The position numbers and the translations under genes are program-made. Positions 1 to 14,600 of a DNA stretch of 64,000 bases are shown piece after piece; the first letter of the stretch is position 1, and each line of letters begins with the position of its first letter. Source of the stretch: Tubiluchus corallicola. Taxonomy: Eukaryota > Animalia > Priapulida. The stretch spans positions 930,001 to 994,000 of the forward strand of contig JAQGDQ010000035.1 of the NCBI GenBank assembly GCA_030141605.1. The letters run 5' to 3'. The notes beneath the pieces are model-generated. The model was not told the DNA's origin. It did not search any database and saw only the letters and a program-made list of their open reading frames with translations.

Positions 1-1460
1 GTAAAAAATGCAAGATTGGCTCAACTACAGGCGGCTTCATTAAAATAGTAAGCTTTTAGACTTTTTTTAAAATTATCAAGTGTTGATCAAGTGTAATTGC
101 AAAGAATTCCGCAATTTTGGGCAGCAGAACTGAATGATTTATCCCCGCATGTGACTAATCTGCTACGTGGGACTTCAAGATTACTTCTGTTTGAGCTAGA
201 TCTTAATGCTCGGCGAGAGACATATAGTTTAAGAAGGTCTGATATGTAAGTAGGAGCCAGACCATTGGTTGCTTTGAAAGTTAGCAAATTTATTTTAAAT
301 TTAATTCAGTACTCAATAGGCAACCAGCGCAATTCTCTAAATATTGGAGTGATATGGTCAAATATCCGACAGCGAGTGATTAACCTAGCAGCTGAATTGT
401 GTACGAGTTGAAGCTTTTGAATTTGGTAGAGTCGAAGACCATATAATAAACTATTGCAGTAACCCAATCGGGAAGTAACAAAAGCAGGCGCTAAGATTTC
501 ACAAGTATGTTTTGTGAGAAATGTTCTGAAATACATTTCGCAGATAAAAATGTGAAGATTTACAATTACTGTTAACGTGAAGAGCCATTGATAAACAATC
601 CTCCATAATTACCAAGGTTCCTAAGACTACTAGACATCTCGATACGATGACTGCCAACCACAATGGAGTATTGACTAATTTTTGAAAGTTGATGCCGAGT
701 TCCAAAAATAATCATGTCCGTTTTCTCATCATTTAGTAGTTGAAAATTATTTTACATCCAAACACGGATTTCAGATACACAGTTTTCAAGAATTTCCCAT
801 GATGTGTTATTATCATCCGAATTGCTGGTTTCTAATGCAAGATATAATTGAGTGTCGTCTGCATAAAAATGGAATGCAACACCATTGCCCTAAGAATATC
901 ACCAAGTGTGCCGTGTAAATGAAAAAAAGCATAGGGCCCAAAACCGATCCCTGCGGGTAACCCCACTTCTGAATCAGTGAAGTATGCATTTTAGCTGACG
1001 ATATTTTACCTAACTAACGTGTCTTGCTGTTGGAAGGTTGCAAAGTCAGTTGCACTCTTGGTCCTTCTCCATTTTCTCTCACGTCTGAATCTTTCCCTCA
1101 TCTCATCTTTACTCTCACAGGTGAACCACGGTTGACTCGGACGTACCACAAACGACCTAGTTGTTAGAGGCGCATGTTTGTCGAGAAGACTGCGCAGGGT
1201 TGAATTGTATTCTTCAATTAAAAAATTAGCATCTAAGCTATTGGTGTCTATATCTTGAATTCAAGAACTTTTTAAGTCTTCCTTGAAAAACTGCGTTTTT
1301 ATTGATTTGATTTCCCTATAGTCGATCGTTTTTGTGACAGGCGATGCTTTCTAAAAATCAATGTAACGCAGAACTGTCAAATGGTCGGATATGAACAGAT
1401 CTGTTCGTGGTTGTTTAACGAATTTAGTTGTTCTTGTGATAACCGGGTCCAGCCTGCTAT
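1..1460 (-). mobile_element. Decayed L2/CR1-group LINE (endonuclease end + RT C-terminus)
   Basis: Minus ORFs 87-287 (LAPTYISDLL...RALRSS), 306-536 (NSAARLIT...HITPI..LRWLPI), PQGSVLGP-like and F.FYADD-like remnants near 850-955, DxVITR...SDH near 1380-1450. Confidence 0.85.
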
Positions 1461-1491
1461 GCTGCTGTGCTGTTGGTGCTGTAGTAGTAGA

Positions 1492-1523
1492 CGTCGTCGT
1501 GGCCGTCATCATCATCATCATCA

Positions 1524-1556
<33 letters not shown>

Positions 1557-1565
1557 TCGTCATCT
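1492..1565. repeat. Compound (TCA)n(TCG)n microsatellite
   Basis: Directly visible; source of the spurious poly-H/R/D/T/V ORFs. Confidence 0.95.
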
Positions 1566-1619
1566 TCAAGATCATAATTATCCCTTAAAAACACTAAGTT
1601 GACAATGGGCACATAATCT

Positions 1620-2400
1620 ACGTGTAAAATACCGTTCAACTCTCCCTATAACATCAATGTCCTGCATATGTTGTGGAGATCACAATGGCGCACAATATTC
1701 AAGTGTGGCTTAACATAGGCTTTGTAAGCAGCCATGAGGGATTTTTGTTCTTTGTGAAGAAACAGCGAAAAGCACACTTACCACACGAAAGGCTTGGACA
1801 ACTTGGTCTTTAACATATTTAGAAAAATTTAAGTTTGGACAGACAATTATTCCCAAATCTTTATAATCATTGTTAGCAGACAAAGTAACTCCATTTAATA
1901 TACATTATAATTGAGGATTACCGCGCCCCAAGTGGAGCATAGTGCAGTTATGAGCAGCTGTATAAAGCTGCCAATGTCCAGACCAAACAGACAAAGTTTC
2001 AATAGTATTCGCTAGTAAATGGCTGTCTTTAACAGAGGCACACAATTTCAGATCATCAGCATATAGCCTACAATTAATAGCAGCTAATTCTTGTGGTAAA
2101 TCGTAAATGAATAAAATAAACAAAATTTGTCCAAGTACACTGCCTTGAAGTGTTTCAGAAATAACCGGGCTGAATTGAGAAAATTCTTGACCAACGAGAA
2201 CTCTTTGGGTACGATTACTTAAAAATGCCCGGATCAATTCAAAAAGATTTTTAGAAAAAACACCATAAGACTGCAATTTAATTAAAAGCTTTGAATGATC
2301 AAAGGCCTTTACGTAATCAACATACAGCACATCTAATTGCGGGTCAACGCTTTTACACCAATCATTAACACAATCAAGTAACTGTGGACCTGTTTTTCAT
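1620..2400 (-). mobile_element. CR1 LINE RT fragment
   Basis: ORF 1905-2330: YVDYVKAFD...AFLSNRTQRV...QGSVLG...LYADDLKL...LHLGRGNP. Confidence 0.9.
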
Positions 2401-2516
2401 AAAACAGTGTTAAGATTTAGAGATAAAATTTTGTAATTATCATTGTTATTATTAGTTTTCTCATCCACACTATTTTTCCTATAACTCTCACTTACTCAAC
2501 TGATTGTTACATTTAG

Positions 2517-2643
2517 TGAAGACAGTTCAACATTGGAAGATGACGTTGTCAATTCGCTAGTAGTGGATGTTACAATTCAGCCGTCAACCTACTTGAAAAT
2601 AGAGCCTCCTTTGTCAATCACATTCAAACACAAAAATACTTCG
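2517..2643 (+). CDS. aGPCR exon 1 in window: GAIN subdomain B
   Basis: tttag|T GAA GAC...ACT TCG|gtaatt; [42 protein letters not shown]. Confidence 0.88.
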
Positions 2644-5600
2644 GTAATTATCTAAAATTTTTATTGCTGCTAGGATAACTTAAAACGAACAATAGTATTG
2701 ACGATAATATTCCACAGTGTTGTAATTGTTCTTACTCGAAATGCAGCTCATGGTGTGCACGTGATCAATCTCACCTAGCTGATTGGCCTTGTTCTTGTGT
2801 GATTGTCAAGGTGAATTAAATACCTGATGTCTATTCCTACCTGATGTCTACCTGACGACTGCCTGACGTCTACCTGAATTAATACCTGATGTCTATTCAT
2901 GTGTCTATGTAACTTAAATGTACAAGTTTATAATTTAAATTCTATTATAAGTCCTTGTTTACATCATTATTATTTGCGATAATTTAACTATTCATTTATT
3001 TTATTTGAGTCATCTGTGTATATTTTACAGGAACAATATAGCAAGCCAAGATGTAGTTTCTGGAATTTTGATATAAAGTAAGTAGTGCAACGTATTTCTC
3101 TGTGCGTAAAATGAGTAGAGTGTAGAGGCCGTTTATGTGGAAATACTATTAACAATAATTATATTGCCTAATATATTGCGCAGCCTTTTTAAATATCGCC
3201 TACACACTGTATATTGAAAATGTTTACGTACATATTAAATAACAATATATATAAAATATTTAGCGTGTGCATGCCCCAGTTAAGACGCCTGTTATGGATT
3301 CAAAAACGAATCTAACAATAATTCCACAATGTTTCAACAATGTGTAAAAATGTCTTGCAGGTTTCACAAGGCTGTTGTTACGTACTAGACTAACGGGCAG
3401 ATCTAACTAGTCGTTAGTAGGCACTGAGTGCACTGGTTACAGTCGTTTGTCTTCCAGGGCCGAGCCGAATCAGTATTTGAACATAACCAGCTTCCCGACA
3501 GTGGCGAGGGTCTAAGCAGTATCGGGGGGGGGGGGGAGACATACTGAAGTATGGTTCAGGTGTGATCAGGAATTTAATACAGCTCAACACAGCATGAATA
3601 TTTAAACAGTAATCATGAAACAAAATGAAACATTAAATCTTATTTACAATTTACTCAATAATCAAATAGTTGAACTTTTCTGTTTTTACTATCGAAATGT
3701 GTCGCACAGAAACTATGAATACTACTACTGCGTTCTAGTAGTAGTGGTATTGGCAGTGGTAGTGGTAGTGGTAGTGGTAGTAGTAATTTTATTAACACAG
3801 TAAAAAACATTACAACAAATTTTACAAAAAAGCCCTTTAAAAGCAACCAGCAGACGAAGCAAAGGGCAGCTGTGATAATTATATCTAAATCGATAACACT
3901 GTTTTCAATGGCAATTATCGGTACACGTTTAAAATCATATGATACATTTACACATGGACATAATGTTATTGCAATTGTCAAAAAACGTTTTTAAATTGGT
4001 AAAGTCCAAATCGTTAAATTTTTTCCTTATTTCCTCTGTTCTAGCGCAGTCGCACACAACATGGTTTTCAGTTTGCACATTTCCACAGGTTAGCAACCTC
4101 TGATTTTGAGGGATTCTTGACCAGCGGCCAGTCTCTATTGCCAGCCGATAGAGAAAAGACGTAATTGCGACGTAGCTATACGTTGATAGTCGTCTGGCGT
4201 TTCGTCCATTAGAGTGTACATGTTATGTACCATAAGAGTCGGATTCAAACTGGCATAGGTTCTGAATTTTGTAAGCTGCGACCGTTGAACTGATTCAATG
4301 CGTTTTGCAAAGTCTGGTTCTATGTGATCGGCAGCTAGAACTGCATTCAAATATCTAGTGTTCACTGTGTAACACCAAACATTCACCTGGTATTTGTTTA
4401 GTATTACACAGTGACCAATTTTTTTATAAAAGGGTCTTCCCTCTTGTCTCTTCTCTCTGCAAGTATTTTTTGCAAAAACTTTTTTCTGCTGGTTTTTAAT
4501 GAATGCAACTGCAGAAGGCAATCCAACTTCTAGTAGCACAAGATCGTTTGTCGTCTGAAGGCGAACTCCTAATAATGCTTTGACCACTGTTAAATACGCT
4601 GATTGTGCTACATGGAAACTTTGCGGTGTCCATCCTTCTGAACTCTACAAAATAGCAGAGAATAAAGCAGCAGCTTTCATCACTTTGTTTTTTACCCAAA
4701 AAGGGAAGTCCACATTCGTAGTAACAAAAGCAATAAATTTTGCTTCATGACTTTGCTTAATTACAGAGTGCTCTTCTACAGAACCGTCTTGGGTGAACGC
4801 TGCTCCCAAGTAGACGTAAGAATTATAGTTTTTCACAGTCGAATCTTGACAACGCTGTGCTATGTTATCATACTCTGGTTAATTTCCATGCCCGAACTTT
4901 TACAAAAGTTGTACAGAATGCTGAGCTTGACTTCACATTGTTGGCAATTAGAAGCGAATAAAACAGTGTCGTCCATGAGTAATAAACAATGTAACTGGTC
5001 AAGAAAATTATCGGGTGATAAAAGGTGCTTCAGATCCCGTACAAGTTCATTTACCTAGACCGTAAAAAGAAAACAACTAGTGGGGAACCTTGGAAGACAC
5101 CAATAACCGTAGATATTATTGCAGCTCCCAAAATAAGTTTCGTATACGTATAAAGAGTCGATATCGCAGCAAGCAACAAATAGCTGCATCATAGACTGAT
5201 TAACAATCTAATGAGAGCATATCTAGGCACTTATAAAAACTCTTAGTAAATGATAAACAATTGACAACCTTTGTGTTTTGCGTAATCAATTAAAAGTCGT
5301 AATCCCACTTTATTCTTTGTACATCACCATCCTTTTTACGCGTCTGACTGTTCTCTTTCCAGTCGAAACCATAGATCTAGTCTCCGACACAACGTTAAAT
5401 CAAACAGCTTAACGAATGCGTGCATAATGGCTATGCCTCTATAATGTCCACAGCACAACCGAGAACCTTTCTTAAAGACAGCTACAAGAACCGGATATGT
5501 CACGGTTTGGAAGACAGCATTAAATAAAGATACAAGAAACAGTAGCCATGGAACTGTCAAAACTTTAAGAAGCCCTGGAGGGATACCCGATGGCGCCACT

Positions 5601-8600
5601 TTTATCTGCTTTGTCCATATCCCCGAGGCCATAAAGGCTTGTATTTCTTTTAATGAGAATGGGCTGTCCAATACAGGCACATGCGGTGCATCTGCTAGGG
5701 GCGGATCCATTGTTTCAGCAGTGTCCGGACTTAAAGGTTTTCGAAATAGTCCTTGAAATCGCTATCAGAAGGCTTTCCATTTATTTCTTCCTCTCTCGGT
5801 GATCCATTCCAGTTTATTTGATACCACAATTCTTTTACATCGTTACATTGGGGTAACTGTGACCACTTGTGTGGAAATGACTCTGCCCTGTGGAAATGAC
5901 ACTGCAGGCTGCACAGTTTGATATTGCTCTAGAGTCTAGACCGGCCTAGAGTCTAAAACTTTATCTAGATCAGAGAAAGCAGTATCAACATTTGCGTAGC
6001 TGCTGACATCTAGAGGGTCGCATCTTGCAACTAAATGCTGAAACTGTAATTTAATAATGTTTTTCCATTTTATCTGCTTTCTCGATATGGACGGAACCAT
6101 ACAATAATTACTATAATTTCCCAGTTCGTTCGCTCGCTTCTCCAAATTTTCTAGTAAAACAGCCATTGATGTTTAGATAAAAGAGTTACGCTGATAGGTG
6201 CGTGATTAGATGGCAAACAAAGATCTGTAGTTATGTGAAATGCACACACCGAGGGCAGCAGCGAGTGAGATACATGACAATGATCTAATTCTGAAATCCA
6301 GCTATCTCTTTGCCTATAGGTAAGATAGTTTTGAAACCGAGAATTTGTTTAACTTTGAATCCGTTTAACCTATTCACTAGCAGCACAGAAGAAGCTAAGA
6401 TAGCCGCCAGCTGTTTTGCATTTTATTCGGTGACCTTGTATTGTCCAGAGGAGGCAAGTAACTCTACGCAGTGTCCGTCACAAGTAAAGATCGTAAATGA
6501 GCGTACGAGCATTCAGGTCTCCCAATAACAATTTTTTATCGCTGTTTTCTCTTAATAAAGAATTCATACGAGCAATGTAATTAGGAATAAAATAAGGTGA
6601 TTCGTGACGTAAGCAGACACGAAATAAACACCCGGGAAACATCTCAGGCAGAAAAAATAAAATCCTCGTCATTATTGTTCACAAACGGTATTTTGTTTTT
6701 CTAACAGTCTGTGATAAAAACAGTGGATCCGCCCCAGTGTTTATTTGTACCACCGACAGTAAAAACGCTAAAATCAGGAAAACAAAAGCACACGTCAGTT
6801 TTATCTCATTAAGGCAAATAATATCTTTGTCAAATAGCAGTCTTCTTACATTTTGGTTGTCTAGTTTATTTTTGATACCGTTAATATTCCAAGATAAAAT
6901 GTTCAAGTTTGTAATGCTTCGTCCGCTTTCTAAAAATACTGTTGCCACTGGTCAACAATGGTACCATCAATTTTAATTTCCTGCTTGTCCTTATCGGTAC
7001 TTCGTGAAGTTTCAGGCTAGCGTTTTTCAAATTCTTTGTATAATAGTCCCCATTCTCTGCTAACACTTGAATGCTGATTTTTTTTATTTTTATTTTATGG
7101 AATGGTAACTCTGCTTGCGCAACCAGGGATGCTTTACTCATTAAGCATGGCATGCGGAACTTAGCATTCGGCAATGTAACCAGTAGAAATTTGCTGTGTT
7201 TGTCAGCCTGTCTGCGCTCTCCTAGGTGGGTGCAGGTAAAACCCTCAGTAACGTTTGTGCAGCTGATAGTTTCGAAAACAAGCTGCATTTTCTCCTCCAA
7301 ACAGCTCGTTTAACTAGAGAAATTAGCCTCTCATAAATTCCACCAATCCAAGGGCTTTTAGGAGTAATGAAATTCCTTTAGTAGTGACGGAATCCATTAC
7401 GACATTTACAAACATAACATCAATTGTTTCTTGGGCCAATCTGAATCACGAAAAATTGTCAGACTGAATGTAAATTGGCAACCCGCGTCTAGCGAAGAAA
7501 CGCTGTAAACAAAGGTTTGTGCCGACAAATTTTGGACCATTTTTAAATGGATCGCACGAGTGGTTAGGCACGTGAATAAGCAAGCCCATGCTTTTCCGTA
7601 AACTACGGATTTGGATTCGTTACGTGGCTTTGGAATTTTTACAATCAAAGGACCCAGATAGTCCAAACCTGTGTATTGAAAAGGTTTAGTGACTTGGACC
7701 CGTGAATGGGGGAGGTCAGCCATCTTTGGCAAAGTATAGGGACCACCCTCGACTAGAAGGGATCCAGTATTTAAGACGTACAAGTGCTAATGTTTGAGCT
7801 GTACCAGTATGCAAGTTAACAACATGTGTGTGTCTCACCACTGATTTTGTGAAAGTATGGTTTTGTGGGTAGGAGAATAGGTCTCCGCGAACACAAGCTA
7901 ACAAGATTATTTAACCGTCCTGTACCTCTAATTATGTCTTGATCATTAATAACCGGTTAATAATTAATAAATTTTGGAAACTACTTAGCAGCACATCGGT
8001 AAACGAGTGTTGCGTCTGCCTCATCCATGCAAGACTGGCTTCTTCCAACTCGGTAGTGGTAATACATGCGTCAATAGGTAGACTGTTTTAAACTGTTTAA
8101 CATGTTTGAAGACATAGCATGTCACACGAAGCAGCCTAAGAGGGGATGAAAATTTAGTTACAGGTATGACGGTAAGATTATATGTTGAATTATCTGTAGC
8201 AGTTAAAATTGATTCAAATGAAATGACCTCTTTAGGTGCTTTGATTTTAATTTGTGCCTCTATTTGTTCTAAATCTGATGATGTGATGGGCGGTAAATCG
8301 CATGTTGGCCATTCAATTTTCTGTAACAACAAAAACACTGGGCCACAAAACCAGGCTTTATTTAAAGGAGTAGAACTAGGCTTCGTAGCATAATCAGCTA
8401 TATTCAGTTCTAAAGGAATGTGCCGGAAAGAGAAGTCATAATAACTGCGTGTTTCAGTTACCCTGTTCTGAACAAAGGTACTGAGGGGTTTACTGGATTT
8501 TAGCCAATGCAATACGCATAATGAATCAGTGAAAAGAGTACAAGTGATGTTACTTATCTGCAGTTCCTTTCGAACACAACTGGCAGCTCGTACGCCCACT

Positions 8601-11600
8601 AAGACACCTAATAATTCAAAACGTGGTATACTGACATCTTTGAGAGCCAGATGGGTCTTTGCAAAAATAAGGTCCACTTTCGCAGTGCCATCTTGCAGAA
8701 CCTGACATCTGGATCAAAGCATACAAGATCAAAGGATAGACAAGCAGAAATATTTAAGCATATACAACGCGGTATGAGAATAGAAAAAATCATGTGCAAC
8801 CGATCAGCAATTACTAACCACTAAATCAATGCGTGGCCGATCTAAAGGCTGGTCCCAGTTATATTTCTCTTTCCAAAACTTGGCATTTAATGTCAAGAGG
8901 GCAACATATCCGCACGATTCAAAAATGGTAGCAACTTGTTTAAGAATCTCGCGTTTGAAGGTTCACATCAAGTTTGTGTGCAATAGACTATGTGTCAGAG
9001 ATCCCATTTTAGCCCCAGAACTTTATTTCACTAGATGCTACTTTATCTTCCTGGAAGCAGTAGGAAATAACTCTTTAGCTTGTGAATAAAGAGAGACAGC
9101 TTCGTTAGTTGAGGCAACGCCAGTTATGACGTTGTCTGCATAAATATTATCTAAGATAGTTTTGGAAATGGGTACCTGATCTTCCATTTTTGTGAGATGG
9201 TGACGTACCGTTCCTGATAACATCCAGGGACTAGAAAGAATTCCAAATGGAACGCGTGTAAAGCGCAGTACCTGTGTGTTACCTGTGGGACCTAAATTAG
9301 AAGTATCCTTTAGCGAAAAGAACCGGGTTACATCACGGTCTGGCTCATGCAGACCGACTGTCAAGAAGGCTTTTTCTATGTCGGTAACTGAACCTCATTC
9401 ATATGCATCCTAAAGCGAAAAAGAATACCACATAAATTCAGCATGAGCACAGGTCCGCGATATAAACAGTCATTTAACGAGGGGCTTGTTTTGTTAACTA
9501 TACTTTATTAATATGCCTTTAGCTAATTGTCCTTGAATAATATTATATTTTTAAGCAAATCAGGCTGTTTAGCGAGACAACGAAGACAAGATTTTAAACA
9601 TCCCAATGAAAAAGCAAAATTGTCAGATTAAACATCTTGCTTACACCGACAAGGCCATGAAACATTTTCGACTATTTTCGTACAGACTATAGGATTGTCG
9701 GAGATGCCTAGTGTATCCAAGTCCCAAAAACGGTTGACATCATACTTAGTTTCATATTTACATACTTAATACTGATGATCAAATACCACCAAAGAGGTTT
9801 CCAAGGCATGATTTTCTAATTGGACCAATCCAACGGTAGCAGATCTTGGTTCTATACAGAGTAAGCTGACTTTATGTGCAGAAACAGATGCAGTTTCTTC
9901 AAAATTGGGTTCACATTCACCTAGCAGCCAACCTAAGCGTGAAGAAAGTAGGTATAGACCAGGAATTATTTCAGCACAAGATGGTAAAATAATTCGAAAA
10001 TAGTACTTATTTCCAAGAAACAGATCAATGTGGGTCACATGACCCACTGGGTCACTATACTTATCAGCTAAAGCACGACCATATTTGCGATTTACAAAGT
10101 TAACAATATTAGTGGCAATGGTTCGCAAAATGTGGACGGAGCGATGCACTCAACAACACATACTACTAGAGAGATTTCTAAGTTATCTTTAGTTAGCAAA
10201 TTAATTCAGGTAGTGAAACAAGGAATGCTAGAAAAAGTATGATTACCAAAAGTTCCAAGTTTCAAAAATTCGCATTTAATAGGTTTAATACCCAACTGAA
10301 TTGCAAGACGTGTAGAATAGGAACGTGTAAGAACAGTGTGAACCGCAATCCATTTGAGCATTTATTAAAGCCTCTTATTAGTGCTAGGGTTACTCACAGT
10401 AAAGAAAGCTGTCTGCCCGCTCAGAGCTAATGGCATAAAGTGCTTCCTCCTCCCCTTCTAAATGTCGACAGTCCATGGCATTTACCGGAGCCGTAACCGT
10501 AGCTAGCTCGGCTGGCTATTGTAGCCTAGATCCAATAGGAAAATTCCTCGGGCACTGACTTCGATGGTGGCAATACACACAAGAACGTGTTGATACGCAA
10601 TTTGAAGCATAATAATTCACACTTAAAAATTTCAGACTAAGTGCAAACTTAGGCAAATGACTAACTTGCACCTAAGCACAGGAGGTTTTGCGACTGCTGT
10701 ACTAACGAACCAAGGCCTGTTCAAGACGAAAAACATGTTTTTGCAACCAAGCGAAGACTGAGCTGGTCAGACAATTACCTCGGTTTTCTAATATTAATAT
10801 GGTATCCATCAGCTCAATATTGAGGTATAACGATAATCAAACTGTTGTGGACTATATTCATCAGTGCCTTAAATGTTTTGCACAATAATCATTGTTTCTT
10901 GTTGAACTGATAATGTAATGCCAGATATATGAATTATATTGTTCTTTTATGATCGTCAATGTATCAATGTTGGAGAAAATTTTGGACCAACTCATTGTGT
11001 TATTTTCCGTGCATCTACCCTGATCATAGTTTAATCATAGTTCTTGGTCAATAAATTACTTACTTATTGTTATGTAAGTTTACCTGTAAGAACAAGTAAT
11101 TACCGTTAGTGCTAACGTTGTCTGTTAAATTAGCGATGGTAAATAAAACTTATCTTTGTCTTGTTATCTTTCTTTACGGAACAGGTACTGAGACGTTAAT
11201 CACACCTGTCTGTCAGCCAGTTTAACCAATGAAGCCATTCCATACCAGCTAGTTATAGCTGCTATGCAATGGCTTCGTAATGGATCGATTGTGTGGGTGG
11301 AATGAAAATAAATGGCACTTCACCAACATTATTATTAACCCTGGAAGTTTATTCCACTTTAATATCATTAAATATTTCTAAATCAGGGTCCGACGTCTTT
11401 CCAAATAGAATTGGCAAAGAGAGGGCATCAAGTAGCATCTTTATAGACTGTTTAATGAGCCACTATCACCTTCCCTGCTGTCAAACAAGGTGACCTGCTT
11501 GGATAGGTTTTCAGAACATGCCGGTTCCAAATTTCAAGTTACTAATGTTATTCTTTGGCCCGGTCAATACTACAGTACAGTGCCACTGTTTGGCCTCCAC

Positions 11601-14600
11601 ACTGTCTGCTGTAGTCATAAATAAGAGTCTTTGCAACGAAATGCAACGCACAAGACACTATGTATGTACCTTCTAGATCGAAGAGCCATTGAATAACTTG
11701 GCTATCATACTTTTTTACAGTAACAGACAACAAAATAAAGGTAGGGGTATAATGCTAGCCATTCTCAAAGAATTAGTTAACATAACAGTTTGTTACTATT
11801 CACAAAATCACTGCGGAGAATCGCTCTAATTGATGGGTTCTAATTAAACTTAAAATTAACAACGGTGTTATATATGTCTTTAAAAACGAGAATCAGTTTA
11901 GAAATCGTGCATGAAAAGATACAAGAATGAGTAAAAAGGCTTCATGTTGAAAATGAAAAAAAATCCGTTAATCGAAGATTTTAACACTAACGTTGGCAAA
12001 ACGATCAAAGCAGACCGGATCACCTCGGCCCATGTCCGAGACCATCATTTTCGGTTGTGAGGTGTTGTGAAGATCTGGAATATTCTTACCTCGCAGAAAT
12101 TTCGAGAACTTTCCATTTCGAGATTGTTCCTTTGCACTGATATATAAGGCGGAGCTGGCCGTTGACGTTTATTCTCTTGTATCCTCGTATTCTCAGATTC
12201 TCAAATACGCTTTCTCGCTTTCGCGTTTCCAAATTATCACATTTACTGTAAACATTTCAAGTTCCTTCATACTTTTGTATTGTAGAATTCTCACATAATA
12301 AGCCTGTTCAATTTGACAACATGTTTTCTGGTTTTCTCTACGAGCCGTCCAAGAGAAACAAAACACAATAAATTTTGGCGCAGTCGACGGGATCCTTGGT
12401 GACTCAGTGGACAGTTGTTTATCCTAACTGATGGCAGAGCAGATGGGCGAACTTATCAAGTTCCTCATGCAGCAGCATAAGGAACAAATGGATCAGCAAG
12501 CGCAGCAGCACAAAGAAGAAATGGATGCTATGAGGAGGCTGCTTCGGGCTCGAACTCCTGAAGATGATTCCAGTTCAAGCACCCATCTTCCACAACGGCA
12601 CTTACAGCTGCTATCCACTATTTGCTGCATTTGATCCAACTTTTGAACTGTGGCCTGACTACTGGTCAAGATTTGTGCCTTCGTGGCAGCCAACGCAGTG
12701 CCTGACCAACGCAAGGCTTAAATTTTCCTAACAAATCAGACTGCTACCATCTACCAACAACTGGCGAAACTGGCGATGCAACAGTCTCCATACAAGGATA
12801 TCAACGAACTGATTATAGACAAGATTGTCGACTTTATGAAGGAACCGTTTGACCCAAAACTCTTCATTGTGCGATAACGTTTCAAGTTCTGGAGTGACAT
12901 GCAACGGAACCCAGGCGAAACTCTCCAGGAGTTAGCAGCTCGCATACGCCAAGACGCTGCTACCTGTGACTTTTCTTCAATCCAAGACCCACAATATGAA
13001 GCTCTGGAGCAGAGATTCATATGCTCTGTCAACAACGAAGCTGTCTTAAAGGCTATTTTCAAGCTCAAGGACGAAGATCTGGCTTTCGCCCATGTAGTCC
13101 AAGTCGTTATCGAGACTGAAGACGAGGCAAAGGTTGGAAAGGAAACTGTCAATGGTTCCAAAACCAGGCCTGTCAACAAAGTCAACCTGAACCAGTACAA
13201 GGGTCAACGAAGGAACCATCAGCAGTCAAATTCCACAGACACGGATACAAAGTGCTGCCATTGTGGAAAGGCCCGCAAAATGACACTGTCCCTACAAAGA
13301 TGCCAAGTGCCATTTCTGTGGCAACAAAGGACATTTGGAGGCTGTTTGCAGGAAAAAGCAATGACAGCAATGGCACCAGAAATCTGGGAAGTCTCTGGGG
13401 AGAATAACAAAAGATGAGCTTGTCAAGGTGATCCTCGGTGAAGTTCCTGAAGACTCTCCTAGTGTGGATGTCGAAGTCAACATCCAAGACCGACAGTTTG
13501 AGATGGAACCTTACACTGCAATAACGGGAACTTTCGTTTCAGTGCCGGTCTGGAAACAACTAGGAAAGCCGAAGCTGGATGACGTCAGACATCGCTACGA
13601 GTCTGCCAGCAAGCATGACCTGCCAGTGTGGGGAACTTTCGTGGACCAAACCAAGGATCCAAAGACTGGTAAACAAAGCTCAATTCCCTAAATCGTCACC
13701 AAGATCCCTGACCTGAACCTGCTGGGACGAAGTGCTATCCAGATTCTGGGAATTTCTGTGGACAATGCTCTAGGACTGAGAAGCATATAGAGTCAAGACA
13801 AGACCGAGGGTGTAAAAACGTCACATCCGAAGACCTTTGACACGTCTTATGCTTCCCTGCAACGAGGTTGCCACAACCTGTGATGGGTTCCCAGATCTCT
13901 TTAAGAAGAATTGGGGTGTCTTAAGGACTTCGAGCTGGAAGTGAAGTTCAAGTCTGACGCGAAACCGGTTTTTCACAAGGCACGACTGGTTCCATTCGCT
14001 CTTCGTTATGAAGAAGGCATCGCCAAAGGTGTCTGGAAGCCAGTCCAGTTCAATGAATACAGAACGCCAGTGGTACCAATTCGTAAAGCTTACACTCCGG
14101 GCACTCAGAAGCCCAAGTTGTGGTCACTACTCAGTCGGCATCAACGATCAGCTAGAGGACCACCAATTTGACAACGTGTTTTCTGGTTTTCTCTACGAGC
14201 CGTCCGAGAGAACAAAACACAACAGTGTAGGCCTAAATGTTTATGACAATAACTGTTTTTAGAGCAATGTTGTTAAGATAAAATGTTGGTTGAACAGGCA
14301 GCGATTTTTATGGCCGAAAAGAATAACTTCCTTTTTATCGGGATTGAGTGTGATATTCCATTGAGTTGCCCACTGATGTATTGTTGTTAGATCCGAGTTT
14401 AAGTGCGTGGCACATATGATAGGATCGTCCATAATTTCAGTTAAAGAGGTGTCGTCTGCAAAAAATCGTATATCAGTACTTATGTTATCAGTTATATTAT
14501 CAATCAAAACTAGAAATAAAATGGGGCCAAGAATGATCCTGATAAGATTCGAGCCGTTTTGATAATGCCCCACTAATATCTAGTTGGTTGAGTTTAAAGC

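Noticed and set aside
1351-1639. ORFs with poly-T/M/H/R/D/V tracts
   Set aside because: Translations of the (TCA)n(TCG)n microsatellite; no coding support.
3390-3595. Possible tRNA-derived SINE (also a B-box-like GGTTCAGATCC near 19430)
   Set aside because: A/B boxes too degenerate, no cloverleaf and no second copy in the window.
12057-14231. Target-site duplication for the Gypsy at 12063-14224
   Set aside because: Flanks GTGAGG and GTGTAG are similar but not a clean 4-6 bp duplication.
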